From the NCBI GenBank assembly GCA_964016885.1, contig OZ024743.1:263934001-263998000 (forward strand): a DNA stretch of 64,000 bases, in the 5' to 3' direction. How positions within the stretch are numbered: position 1 is the stretch's first letter; each line of letters starts with the position of its first letter. The translations under genes were made by a program, and so were the position numbers. The stretch comes from Eledone cirrhosa (taxonomy: Eukaryota). Shown piece by piece: positions 27,022 to 40,320 of this stretch. The notes beneath the pieces were generated by a model. It had not been told where the DNA came from. It was given only the letters and a program-made list of their open reading frames with translations, and searched no databases.

Positions 27022-27336
27022 GGAAGGTATACGTTGCTGACGATAGCTAATAAGCTTGAAACTAGTACAGCGTTCCTTTGTCAGTGTTGAATAAACGAGC
27101 AACGATGTTTGCTGGATACTACGGCTTAATACGGGATGTTTGTTTACAAACACACCGAGCATTATAATAAATGTTCGGTGAATCCATACGTACATATATA
27201 TATATGTGTGCATGTATGTATATATATATACATACTACGGTACGTCTGTATACATATATGTATGTACGTGTACATACTTATGTTTAAGTAACAGCCGTAC
27301 TAAGAGTGGGAAATGAAATTTCGTTTCATTTTTTCC

Positions 27337-27380
<44 letters not shown>

Positions 27381-27562
27381 TTGGACAACTATAGCGATGA
27401 ACCCATTTAAATTCTATTAAATTCAGACCGGAATATATCTATATAAACAAATTAAAAGATAGTTAGAAAAACCTAAATAAAACTTGATCACCCAAGTGAA
27501 TAATTATTATTAAAATGTAAAATGTAGTGTCACACATTCTCATATATATATATATGTATGTT

Positions 27563-27623
<61 letters not shown>

Positions 27624-27884
27624 ATATTTGGGGAGGGTCATATTTGCGTAATATTGCCAGAATAAATAACAGAACACACTCACTGTTTGGTTGGTTTTCG
27701 CTTCTCGCTGTCTTTTATATATATATATCTGCGATCTAACCAAACAGTGAGTGTGTTCTGTTATTAATTCTGGCAATATTACGCAAATATGACCCTCCCC
27801 AAATATAACAATATCTGTTTCGACACACGATTTCATATAAAAAACCTCGCAAAACTAATTCATCGCCGCTATATATATATATAT

Positions 27885-28205
27885 ATGAAAAACAAGGGTG
27901 AAGAATACTGCATGGTTGCACATGGATTACATATTATAAAATTAGTCCTTCACCAGTGATTTGCCAACCATCATTGGTATTTCATCGCATTAAAAATCAG
28001 ATACCTCAGGTTGGTGCGAGTAATAACTAAAGTAAGCTACTGGGACAAGTGAAACGCGTAAAGCGAGTGAGACAAGTAAACAACAGAAGGAAAAGCAAAC
28101 CGAAGGTTGGAAAAACAGCAAGCCACATGATAGTTATCCGATCAGCATGAGCTGGGTGAATTTCATGAGCCGTAAGAGAAGCAGACCGTACGCCGTGAAT
28201 GCGGT

Positions 28206-28208
<3 letters not shown>
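27885..28208 (-). repeat. TA-flanked repeat family (ATACTGCATGGTTGCACATGG); copies at 39478-40105 and 57588-58092, with a diverged relative at 32041-32803
   Basis: Collinear similarity. Minus-strand CTGRYGA is conserved at the same position in all copies. Confidence 0.8.
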
Positions 28209-28302
<94 letters not shown>

Positions 28303-28304
<2 letters not shown>

Positions 28305-28785
28305 AAGGCGGGTAAAATTCCCGAGATCCATGGACGAGTTCTCTCCAGCGGTCTCTGTCCCTCATTATCGCTGCCATATCCTGCATCTCCAACAGACCAG
28401 TGTCTGTCCTTAGGGCATCAACATATGTTAACCTTGGTCTTCCTCTTCTAGTGTGTCCATGTAGGGGCTCCCAAAGTAGCACTGAGTGCAATGTCAACTC
28501 TGGATGTCGGTGAGCATGTCCAGCCAACCTCAGTCTCCTCTGTGTCACTTTTGAGCTGACTTTTGGGATGCTCCCATACAGCTCTGAGTTTTTCATCCTC
28601 AGATATACTGATTAATGTTCAGAGCCATCCTCAGCATTCTCGTGTAGCACCCATCCACCATCTGAGTGAGTCTCTTGGTCAGTGTCCAAGTCTCAGACCC
28701 ATACAGCAGCACAGACTCCACTACAGCAATGAAGAGGCGGATTTTCAGGTCTCTACGAAGGTCCGACTTCCACACCGATCTCAAG
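28303..28785 (-). mobile_element. 3' (non-inverted) segment of a twin-primed RTE-like LINE
   Basis: ORFs RSVWKSDLRRDLKIRLF...REFYPP*. The stop codon abuts (TA)n. Confidence 0.88.
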
Positions 28786-31460
28786 CAGGAGATGTGGGGA
28801 ATGTGGAGTTACCCCTTAGTTGTCATGACTCCCAGGTCTGCCCTGGCCCGGGGTCGTAGTACCTGTTAGGGCTCCATTTATGGGTTAAATAGCTACCTTA
28901 TTCGAGTGGCGCCGGTAAGGTATTGTCAGCCATTGAAAAGAAATATGGAGAGTCGATCTAACAGCACTAGGGTTAGAGCCCCTAATTACACTGTCAAAGA
29001 GCAGCCTGGTCGTTATGACTCTGCTGGCTTAGAGCCACAGAGAGGGCCAGTGGATGATGGATCAGCTGTCTCTGAGACAAATATAAAGAATGCAGTTTTG
29101 TCCTGCAGAAGAGCCATCAAAATGGGCACTTTGAATGTGAGGACTATTCGAACGCTGGAGAAGTGAGGTGGAGTTGGGACATCTGTTCGAGGAGAGTGGT
29201 ATACAGATACTTGCGATCCAAGAACACAGGATTCTACACGATGAGCCCGTGAGGAGTGTGATGATCGGGAGGAAGAGCCAGCTCATCACTACATCGGCAG
29301 TGAAGAACACAAAAAATGCTGCAGTAGGAGGAGTGGGTTTTGTGTTCAGTGCAAAAACCAATCTGTTGGTGAGGGAAATAATGCCTATCTCCCCGCGAGT
29401 GTTGAGGGTGACCTTCAATGGAAACCCAAGACTGACAGTCATCTCAGCCTATAGTCCAACCGAGGGGGACAGTGATGTGAATGCCGAGGAGTTCCATGAG
29501 GAGGTGTGTAGAGCTGTCAACACCACTCAGTCACACAATATCCTGCTTGTTTTGTGGGACTTCAATGCACATCTGAGTAAGGAGGGCAGTGAAGATCCTT
29601 GCTGGTACTTCTATAACAACACCAACCGAAATGGAAGACTACTGAGAGACACCCTGCTGGAGGCGAACTTGATGGCGACCAACCTAAGGTTTAGGAAGAA
29701 TCTGGGGAAGATGTGGACCTACATCTCAGATATGCACCTGTCGAAGTCCCAGATTGATTTCATTTTGGTGAGGAAAAAGTGGCGGAATAGTGTTCTGAAC
29801 ACGGAACCATACAGCTATTTCAGTACACTGGGTAGTGACCACCGGCTTGTTATGAGTGAGGTCCGCGTGAACTTAAGAAAGAGCAAGGCTCAGCCCCGGA
29901 GAACAATCTATGACTGGGGAGCTTTCAAGGAAGATGATAAGCTACAGGAGAGGTTCACAGTGGAAGTGAGAAACAGGTTTAGTGCTCTGTGTGGAGAGTC
30001 AGAGGAGAGAGAGAGATTGGTTGGACTGAGGAGAGTGTGACGAGGAGGTACGGGCACTTCACCAATGCAGTGGTGAAAGCAAGTGAAACCCTGGTGCCGA
30101 GGAAAAAGAACAAAGGGAAGCACGTCAGCTCTGCAAACCCAAAAGTGTGTGCAGCCAGAGAACACCTGAAAGCTGCCAGGGACCAATTCTATGCTGATCC
30201 TACGGAGGAGAGGATGGATACTGTGGAGGTGATGAGGGAATAGCTCTGTACCGCTTACAATGAGGTCAGAGAGGAGGCACTGATAGAGAAGATCAGAAGT
30301 GTGGAGAGAGCGGTTGACAGATCTGGATGTAAGGAGAGCTGGATGATCATCAACGAGATCACAGGGAGGAAGAAAAGGTGTTCGAGTCAGATCCAGGGAA
30401 CGGGGCCCGAGGATAGGAAGAGGAAATGGCTAGACCATTTTAGGACCCTACTAGGAGAGCCACCCTCCACAGCCCAGAGCACTGGGGAGATCAGGCGGCT
30501 GTTTGAGGAACTGGATGCTGAGACAGAGCCCTTCACCAGAGAGGAGCTTTAGAGAGCCAAGAAGAAGATCAAGGAGGGCAAGGCTCATGGAGAAGATGGA
30601 GTGGCATCAGAGGTGATGAAGAGGTGTGATTTTGATGATATCATCCTAGGGTTCTGTAACGGGGCACTGGAGAAAGGAGTTGCCCCGAATCAGTGGAGGA
30701 TCAGTAACATCGTCCCAGTGACAAAGAAGGGAGATCTCTCTAACACCAACAACTACCGGGGGATCTCACTGACGTCACTTGTGGCAAAGACCCTCAACAG
30801 GATGATTCTTGACAGGATCCAGCCTGAGATGGAGAAGAAGCTCAGGGACAACCAGAACGGCTTCAGAGAGGGTAGATCAACCACCAGTCACATCCTGATG
30901 CTGAGGAGGATATTAGAGGGAGCTAGAGCAAAGTGCCTTCCTGCGGTCATGGTTATCATTGACTTCAGGAAGGCCTTTGATTCTGTGGACCGTTACTGCC
31001 TGATGAAGATCTTACAGGCTTATGGAATCCCCAAGAGGATAGTGGACCTGATATCACTGCTCTACACCAACACCAAAGCCCAAGTCATTACACCTGATGG
31101 GATGACAGAGTTCTTTGAGATACTGGCTGGAGTGCTCCAGGGAGAAACATTGGCTCCCTACCTTTTTATCATCGTAGTGGACTATTGTATGTGCCTTGCA
31201 CTGGAGAAACACCAGGACTTCGGCTTTACTGTAGCACCGGCTCAGAGCAGGAGAGTTGAGCGAAAAAGGTATCGGATGCTGAATTTGCCGACGACATAGT
31301 TTTGGTGACAAATACAGTGAAGGAGGCAGAGGATTTGATGCGGGAGGTTGAGACTGTGTCGATGAGTGTGGGGCTGAGAATGAATGAGACTAAAACAAAA
31401 TATCTGGTAGAGAATGTTGAGAAGCCAGAGGGGATCACTAATGTAGGCGGGAAGCCGCTG

Positions 31461-31463
<3 letters not shown>
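28786..31463 (+). mobile_element. Inverted 5' segment of the same RTE-like LINE (5' UTR, APE, RT), with several stops
   Basis: MGTLNVRT, AIQEHR, DFNAH, QIDFIL, GSDH, NYRGISL, QNGFREGRST, IDFRKAFDSV and GVLQGETLAP. Ends at GGKPLE into (TA)n. Confidence 0.92.
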
Positions 31464-31542
<79 letters not shown>

Positions 31543-32011
31543 ATTTATATATATATATGAGAATGTGTGACACTTCATTTTACATTTTAATAATAATTAT
31601 TCACTTGGGTGATCAAGTTTTATTTAGGTTTTTCTAACTATCTTTTAATTTGTTTATATAGATATATTCCGGTCTGGATTTAATAGAATTTAAATGGGTT
31701 CATCGCTACAGTTGTCCAAATATAATAGGTGTTAGAGATTGTTTATGGCATGTTTAAAGTCGAAAGGAGGTGGAATTTTAAATAAAATCATTTGTATAGA
31801 CTCCTTTTGTTTTTACAACGTAAATTATCAAATCATATGCTAGAGAGAAGTGCCAAAGTATTCGTACGATATCTGTTGGAGAATAGGTTAACTGTAAATA
31901 ATAATTACTCACTGATTCGATCATTTATCTTCCTTTATTTATATTACCGTATTTATCCGGAAATTTCCGCAAAGATTTCAGTTTTACACACACACACACG
32001 CATCAGCCCAC

Positions 32012-32040
<29 letters not shown>

Positions 32041-32045
<5 letters not shown>

Positions 32046-32803
32046 AAGAATTAGAAATAGAAGTTAGGAATATTCATCATCAGTTGTCTACTAGGCATCA
32101 TAGGTATTTCTTCGCATTACAGACAATATACCTCCGCATAGGGCGATACAATAACTAAAATAATTATTGGGATAAAAAGACTTGGGTGGAGAAAGAGAAA
32201 GACATGTAAACAGACACGAATGGTGACGCAACGTAAAGAGTGGAAAAAATGAAAAAATCAAGTCAATAATTCATTTCGAACATAAGAACGGGAGAATTTT
32301 GACGAGGAGAACAAAGACACATCTTAACCGTACGGATGTGAGCGAGAAGAAAGACCGAGTACAGTGTGGAACGATGGAGGAAGTGAGAGAGGGTGAGTAG
32401 CAGAGAGTGAGTGAGTGAAAATGCGAGGAAGAGGCTAGCCGAGAGAGGGTGACTAGCAGAGGGTCTCTCACTTCCTCCATCGTTCCACACTGTACTCGGT
32501 CTTTCTTCTCGCTCACATCCGTACGGTTAAGATGTGTCTTTGTTCTCCTCGTCAATATTCGCCTGTTCTTATGTTCGAAATGAATTATTGACTTTATTTT
32601 TTCATTTTTTCCTCTCTTTACGTTGCCTCGCTATTCGTGTCTGTTTACATGTCTCTCTTTCTCCACCCAAGTCTTTTTATCCCAATAACTTATTTTAGTT
32701 ATTGTATCGCCCTAGACGGAGGTATATTGTCTGTAATGCGAAGAAATACCTATGACAACTGATGATGGATATTCTTAACTTCTATTTCTAATTCTTCATT
32801 TTT
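32041..32803. repeat. Fold-back palindrome, ~350-bp arms with a ~73-bp spacer, TA-flanked
   Basis: 32041-32390 is the reverse complement of 32464-32801. CTGATGA at 32759. Confidence 0.92.
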
Positions 32804-32840
32804 TATACTTAAATGCAACAACACAGCTCGCCATTTTTTG

Positions 32841-32896
<56 letters not shown>

Positions 32897-32949
32897 TCGA
32901 GAAAAGAACACGGCAGCATCGGAGGAGAGGATTGTTAAGATTGTGTATG

Positions 32950-34283
32950 CGAACAGGGTAACCACTCTCACCCAGAAATGGGCTGAGAGGAAGCTGTCCC
33001 TGAAAGTTAGGGTGAACGCGTACATCGCGTCCATCAACTGCTACTGCCTGACCATCGTGCATTGCCCCCGTTGGTGCCTCACCAAATTGGAACGGCTCTA
33101 CTTCAACTTCTTGTGGAGGAGACAGGTTCTGTAGGTGAAGCGCTACATCTGCTGCCAGTAGCCTCTACGCGGAGGGCTGGGCGTGTCGTGACTAATCAAG
33201 CGCAAACATGCAGCATCCCCAGATATTCTGCCTAAACGTTGAATTAGTGTGGTCGCCGATTGTGAGACAGTCTTTTCTGCAGCTCGTCTCTTTGACTGAG
33301 CTGCAGTCATGGGTCAAGAAACCGAGTCTGGGCGCATGGCATCTGGAATTTTGCCAGGCGCTCATTGACCTCTACCAGGTGGGCTATGCAGTTAGTGGAA
33401 CTTCCATTCTTAAGTTCTAAAGAGGATTAGTGGAGGGAAATTGCGACAACGTTCTTGGAGAGGATCTTGGCGTCGACAAAGTCGAAATGACCAGTCAGAT
33501 CCGCATGATTTCGTGAACAATGGATAACGTCAAGAAATCCATCACTTGGCAGTGCTTACGGTGGGGATGGACTGGCGGTTGGACATAAACTATACTGGCA
33601 CAGAAGTGCTGTCAGATCGACCTGCCCTAGATGCCTGCACAGAAACAAAACCATTCTGTACGCACTAGTCCAGTGTCCCTCATTACAGACTTGTGGAGTT
33701 ATGCCGAACAGCTGTTGTCAAGTGTAGAACAGATCCGGCTATCGACCTAGTCCATAATGATGACCCGCCCCCGTCGCCTTTTTTTGGTGGGGGAAGGAAG
33801 GGCAGGCATGTTTCCTCTGTCTAGTGGTGGTAGCGAAAGAGATTGTGTGGTGGACCAGGTTGAAAGGACTAAAGGCAGACACTTTTCTCTTCGGCCAATC
33901 CCTCATCGACTTTTTCAAGTTTCACTTGAAAAGGAAGACGAAGGTGAAGAGAGAAGTGCTGCCACCCAGTACATTTGCTTAAATGTTGGTGAATGTGGCA
34001 AGAATGGCCTGTGTGAATGGGTCTACTCTGAACATGCGCTCGAAGGCTGGCTCAAATTAAGGAGGAGAGGGGTACCCTTCCCGGGGGCCTTCGAAGAGTC
34101 GGTGGCTCAGGATATGTGGGGGCTCCTGAGTCGACCCTGGGTGGTTATGCCCCCTAATGGGGGATTTTCATTGTTGTATTTTTATTGTTATTTTGTTAGT
34201 GTTATTTATATTTATTACGCGTATTTATGTAAAATCTACATTGTCCTCCTCTTTTGTATTCTCCCTTATAATTCGGCCCTTTT
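32950..34283 (+). mobile_element. Tx1/L1-clade fragment (degraded), same family as 3176-4256
   Basis: KWAERKLSLKVRVNAYIAS...LERLYFNFLW, with nucleotide similarity to 3200-4240. Ends in (ATC)n. Confidence 0.78.
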
Positions 34284-34341
<58 letters not shown>

Positions 34342-34343
34342 GC

Positions 34344-34405
<62 letters not shown>
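34284..34405. repeat. Compound (CAT)n(GTA)n microsatellite
   Basis: Direct reading. Confidence 0.95.
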
Positions 34406-34890
34406 AAGCAAAAACACAAATCGAGACATACTTTTCTTTCGACATAATGAAAATTACGTTGAAATAAGTCGATGTGTTTGTGAAACCCAAGAATTCGTAG
34501 ATTTAGCAATCAACGAGGTTAAGTTAATTTCCGTTTATTACGTAATCTAAGTGGCCTCTATAAACCAATTACTATTAATTACTATTACTAGAAGTTAGTG
34601 CTAAGTTCTAAATTACTTTCTGATGACCAAATAATTTTCGTTTAAATCAGTTGTAATTATACTATAGCAACTGAAGCCTTCTTGAGGTGAAATGGGGAGA
34701 TGGCTTCCTGCCTTCTAGTATTCATTAAATACAATGTATGTTCAAATGAGATCAATACGCATAAAGAATATTTCCAACCAATCATTGAAGAATTTTGTGT
34801 ATATTGACAGCATGCACAATTTTACAAAAACACAGACTTATGATACATGAAATTACATAGAAATCTATATGCATGCATACAGTTGTATGA

Positions 34891-34945
<55 letters not shown>

Positions 34946-34949
<4 letters not shown>

Positions 34950-35133
34950 TTCCCTTGAAATATATATTTGGTACCCTTGAAATATATATAATAGAATAAA
35001 TATGATTTTATAAATATATGTTCCATTTATATAATATCATTGTATATTATACTCCAGAAATCTGTCGAGTGCTCTGAATCAGTTATAAACATGTACACTT
35101 TTGTAATTACCAACAAATTGAATATCCCTTCCG

Positions 35134-35171
<38 letters not shown>

Positions 35172-35470
35172 TAAATTAGCGAGAATCGTATTTCAGCTAT
35201 TGGAAATTAGCCAAAAAACAACTTCCGAGATGTGTGGCAAGCGCTCCATAGATATATATATATTAAAGAGTTAAACATGATTCAATGAGTACATCAAAGA
35301 ATGAGTTTTACATATATATAATAGAATAAATATGATTTTATAAATATAGTTTCTATTTATTTAATATCATTGTATATTATACTCCAGAAAAACTGTCGAG
35401 TGCTCTGAATCAGTTATAAACATGTATATTTTCGTAATTACCAACAAATTGAATATTCCTTCCGCTTATA
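34946..35470 (+). repeat. Two truncated copies of the 12576-12740 HHR family
   Basis: TTTGGTACCCTTGAAATATATATAATAGAATAAATATG at 34967. The second copy starts at ~35312. Confidence 0.75.
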
Positions 35471-35502
35471 TATATATATATATATTAAAGAGTTACTATA
35501 TA

Positions 35503-35606
<104 letters not shown>

Positions 35607-37642
35607 ACTTTGATAACTTTGATAGGTTTCGGCCAGTATTGGCCCAGGCCATGTCTAATTTAAAAGCACCACATGGCGAAATCTTACAAATCACTTTTTG
35701 GGCACCATGGCCCACTCGAGCAGAGAGTAATTGTTTACGGAGGCATATCCGGGTGTAGGAGGCTTATCCGGGATTTCTTGGAGGAATTTATCCAAATACT
35801 TCTTGAACTTGATAGGGTCTGTCTCTGCTTTGATGTGTCTTGGTGTAATGTTAAAGAGTGCAGGGCCAATTGAGGTGAAATAATTGTGCCGTATTGTTGT
35901 TATGTGATGCGAGTGAGATTTTTGTTGTGGGCGGATAGCACCGGGCCCAAGCCTTGGGTGTAAACTAAAGGTGATGCCAACATCATTTGGGAAAAGCTGA
36001 TGGAATATTTTCCACATCATACAGATAATGTAGCGCTCACGGCGACGTTGGAGAGAATAAAGTTTGAGCTTTTCTAATCGACTCCAATAGTCAAGGCCTG
36101 TCATGCCATCTATCTTTTTTGTAATTGATCTTTGTGGTGCTTCAACTTTCATTATACTTCGTTTCGTGTGGGGTGACCACAGTGGACAACAGTATTGAAG
36201 GTGGGGTCGGGCAAAAGTGGAGAAGAGAAGGATAACAGTGTGGATATCTCTCGACTGGAAAGTTCTAAGAATCCAGTGACACATTCTGCGGGCCATATCA
36301 ACTTTGCTGTTTGTATGAGTGGCCCAGCTTATGTTGTCCACAATTACTCCCAGGTCACTGATGTTATTGTATGCCACTAGAGTTTGACCCTAAGGAAGAG
36401 AGTATGGTAGTTTCAGGAATCCTTTTTCCCAAAGTGGATTAATTCAAATTTATCCTCATTCAACAGCATATTATTCATTTCTGCCCATTGGATAACAGCC
36501 TGTAGGTCTGTAGAAGGCAAGTCCAGTCACCCACCTCATTGATGACCCTTTGGAGTTTGGAATCATCTGCGAAGATTATGATGTTCCTGTGCTTGATGAT
36601 GTCAGTGATGTCATTAATGTAGATGATGAAAAGAAGTTGGCCCAACACAGTGCCTTGTGGGACGCCACTGCTGACTTAGGCAGGGCTTTATTTTACTCCT
36701 TCGACTACAACATGCTGGGTTCTGCCTGCCAGGAAACATTTGATCCACTGTAGTAACCTTCCAGAGACACCAACATTGGATAGTTTTTTCAGTATAATCT
36801 TATGATCAACCCTGTCGAAGGCCTTGCTGAAATCAAGGTAGATGACATCAGTGTAGGAGCCATCTCCCAAGGCTCTCAAATCATTGTCAGAATGATGCAA
36901 GAGCTGAGTTAGGCAGTCCCTTCCATTATGGAACCCATGTTGGTTGGAGATCAGCAGGCCTGTTGCTTTCAAGAAAGTGAGTTATTCATGATCTCACCAC
37001 CCTCTCAAATACCTTGATAATATGAGAGGTGAGTGAGATCGGACGGTAGTTCACTGCAAGGAACCTATTTCCCTTTTTGAAGACTGGGACAACGGACTGG
37101 GACAGAAAGTTTTCAGGAATATAGCCAGTGTCCAGTGAGTTCCTCCACAGATTAGCAAGAGGAGATGCAAATTGGTGTCGACACACCTTCAGGACACAAG
37201 CAGGGTACCTATCAGGGCCTACTGCTGCATTGTGTTTAATTTCTTTATTGCCGCTAAGACATCAGGGGCGCCAAACGTTATGTCTGATATAGATCGGCCA
37301 TATCAGGATTGCTGGAAACAGAGCATTTTTGTTTCTGCATCATCCTGGCGTGTGCCATTTTCATCAACTAGGGGGTCAACAGTGGAGACAGTGACTTTGT
37401 GTTTTTTAGCAAATGAAAAGAACATTTTGGAGTTGAGTTTGATTTTCTCAATGGCCCACCTCTCTTCAGTTATTCTCTGGTTATTGATGATGGGCATCAT
37501 GCATTGCTGGAGGTTTATTTTTTTGACTCAAGCAGGGTGATAGCCATTGAATGTGTGTGTTGCTGTTGGCAGTATTTTAGTGTGTTAATTTTTTTGTTTG
37601 TTCTTTTTATTTTTCTGATAATTGTTTTTTTTTGTTTTGGGG

Positions 37643-37945
37643 GAACCCTGCCTGTTGTTCTCGCAGTTTCCGGTCTACCATGTCACGTATGCGGTTCAGG
37701 ATCATCAGACAATAGACCTTCCCTGGTATGGAGAGAAGTGTCACTCCCCTCCAGTTGTCACAATCGGCAAGGTTGCCCTTCTTGGGGATACAGACAACCG
37801 CTCCGTTTCTCCAATCTTCTGGGACTTCACCCGTGTTCCACACAAGATTACATAAGTGGCCGATCCACTTGACTCTGCTTTCACCTCCTGACTTCAGCAT
37901 TTCAGCAGAGATGCCAGCCATACCTGGTGACTTGTTATTCTTAAT
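37643..37945 (-). mobile_element. RTE-clade RT fragment embedded in the CR1
   Basis: KSPGMAGISAEMLK...VPEDWRNGAVVCIPKKGNLADCDNWRGVTLLSIPGKV...LREQQAGF. Confidence 0.8.
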
Positions 37946-38649
37946 CGACACAGGGTAGATTAAAGTCTCCCATCAGAAGTATGTTCCTAGAATGGCACAG
38001 TTTAATAAAGCATTTAATACTGTTGAGGCATTCTTTGAAGCAGATTATGGGTGTTTGTGGCGGCCTATAGAGCCCAACTAATGTCAGATCATTGGCTTTA
38101 TTGTGCACAGTGACTGATTCACAGTATCCATTAGAGAATGTTGTGTTGCCATCTGCCGTAAAGGAATCATGCAGGAAAATGACAGTTCCACCCTTCCTTC
38201 TGCCAACACGATCCGCACGGATGGTTGTGAAATATCTCAGTCTTACTTCGGCCTCCAAGTGGGAGTTGTGAAGGTAGGTCTCCGTAAGAATGAAGAAGGG
38301 GATATGAAATGGGTGGTTACCAACCCAATCCTCAATGAATTGGATCTTCCATTTCTGTGCATTGATGGATGGGCTGATACCTTATGTATTGAGTAAGAAT
38401 GTGGAGGCTAGTGTGGTGGCTGGTTTTGACTGTTGCAGGGGGCTTGTTTTGTGATTGTATGTTAGTGACAGCAAGGATGGTATTGGGTGATGGCTAACAT
38501 ATTTTTCTCTATCTCTTTTGCCAAGTTCATGGCAAAAAAAGAAAGGTTTTTTTTTGTTCAGGGAGCAGCTTTTGATTGGATTTGTGGTTACAACACTGGA
38601 TAGGGTTGCAGTTTCCTCTTTTGTTGTTGTTGCTGTATTTGTTGTAATT

Positions 38650-38800
38650 GTGTCTTTGTGAAAAGACTGGAGCAGCGTTATTTTTGTTGTTGTTGTATTT
38701 GTTGTTGTGATCGTGTCTTTGTGAAAAGACTGGAGCAGCATTACTTTTGTTGTTTTTGTTGTTGTAATCATCTCTTTGTGAGGAGACTGGAGCAGCATTA
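38650..38800 (-). repeat. Three ~63-66-bp coding tandem repeats (LLQSFHKDTITTT) in CR1 ORF1
   Basis: TCTTTGTGA..AGACTGGAGCAGC three times. Confidence 0.85.
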
Positions 38801-39477
38801 CCGCAGCAGGGGGTGGCTTTATTGTGGTTTGTGGGTTGGCATGAAGCCCCTTTTCTGTTCGTGCGTTGCGTCCCAGGAAGATGAGTGAAGGTACAGTCAG
38901 TCAGCAGACATAGCCTCTCACGCTGGGAATGTTGGCAGATTTTGGGACTGCGACCTATGCGTGCGGGCAGCGTGCTTTGGTGTTGGCTGGCGGTGTTAGT
39001 GCGCCTAGTACCCGGTAAATGGGTAAATATACAGTCGGTACGTGTGTATGGCCTCTGTCGTAGTGAGTAGCGGCATATTTTGGGGTTTCTAGTATTTGTA
39101 GTGGGGGGAGGGTATACAGCTCCATAGATCTTTTTTTTTAAAGTTCTTTTGACTATGGCATAGCTGTGGTGGTGATGAGGGGGAAAAAAGCATTAGTGGT
39201 GATGATTATGATGACAACTGTGGTGGGAGAGAGAGCAGTGGTCCATTACTAGTAGTTGATGTGGCAGAAGATGGTGTTGGTGGTGATGGTGATGGCGATA
39301 ATGATGGCTGAGTGAGTGGCTGAGTGATACTGTCATTCAGTAATTCAGCTATTATGCTTGAATTCAGTAGTGGTTGCTCCTGGCTTTCTGGCCGTTGTTG
39401 TTGTTGTTGCTGTTGTTGTGTTTGCCCATTAGAGTAAATATATATATATATTTAAATATATATATATATATATATAT

Positions 39478-40105
39478 ATGTGAAAAAATGGGGAGATAAA
39501 TACTGCATGGTTGCACATGGATAAGATGTTATAAAATGAGTCCCTCATCAGTGATTTACCAACGGTCATAGGTATTTCATTGCATTAAAAATCATATACC
39601 TCACGTTGGCGCAATAATAACTAAAATAAGTTATTAGGACAATTAAAACGCGTAAAGCGAGTGAGACAAGTAAACAACATAGAGGAAAGCTAACCGAAGA
39701 TAGGAAAAGACACAAGCTACATAGTTATTCTATCAGTATAAGCTGGGTGAATATATGAGCGAGTAGAAAATAGACCTTTCGAGATGAATCCGATGTAAGA
39801 AAGAAGGAATCGTTAACGTCGCGAACGGGGGGAAGTGAGAAGGGGAGAAACAGTGAGTGAGTGAGTGGAAGTGTGAGGAAGAAGTCAGTATAGAGAAAGT
39901 GTTAACTGACATGACAGAGGGGACGAAAGAAAGTAAGAGAAACAGAGAGAACGAGGGAGCAGTAAGAGAGAGAGAGAAAAAAACAGAATCGCAGTTTAGG
40001 TAAATATATGTGAAAAAATGGGGAGAAGAATACTGCATGGTTGCACATGGATAACATGTTATAAAATGAGTCCCTCATCAGTGATTTACCAACGGTCATA
40101 GGTAT
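39478..40105 (-). repeat. 530-bp-period partial tandem of the 27885 family, TA-flanked
   Basis: TGAAAAAATGGGGAGA at 39481 and 40011. Both carry minus-strand ATCA-CTGATGA-GGGAC. Confidence 0.85.
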
Positions 40106-40136
40106 ATATATGTGTGTATACATATATATATGTATG

Positions 40137-40320
<184 letters not shown>

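Larger units (their letters stand above)
26198..27174. repeat. Fold-back element centred on (TA)n, with the right arm split (26439-26573 and 27113-27174) by nested inserts
   Basis: Reverse-complement matches to 26198-26389. Confidence 0.85.
27378..31721. repeat. Inverted ~185-bp arms (27378-27565 and 31537-31721) enclosing ~4 kb of nested insertions
   Basis: TTTGGACAACT.TAGCGATGAACCC...GTCACACATTCTCAT and its reverse complement. Confidence 0.88.

Noticed and set aside
33757-34467. 236-aa ORF with poly-Ser/poly-Val
   Set aside because: Off-frame Tx1 sequence running into a (CAT)n(GTA)n microsatellite.
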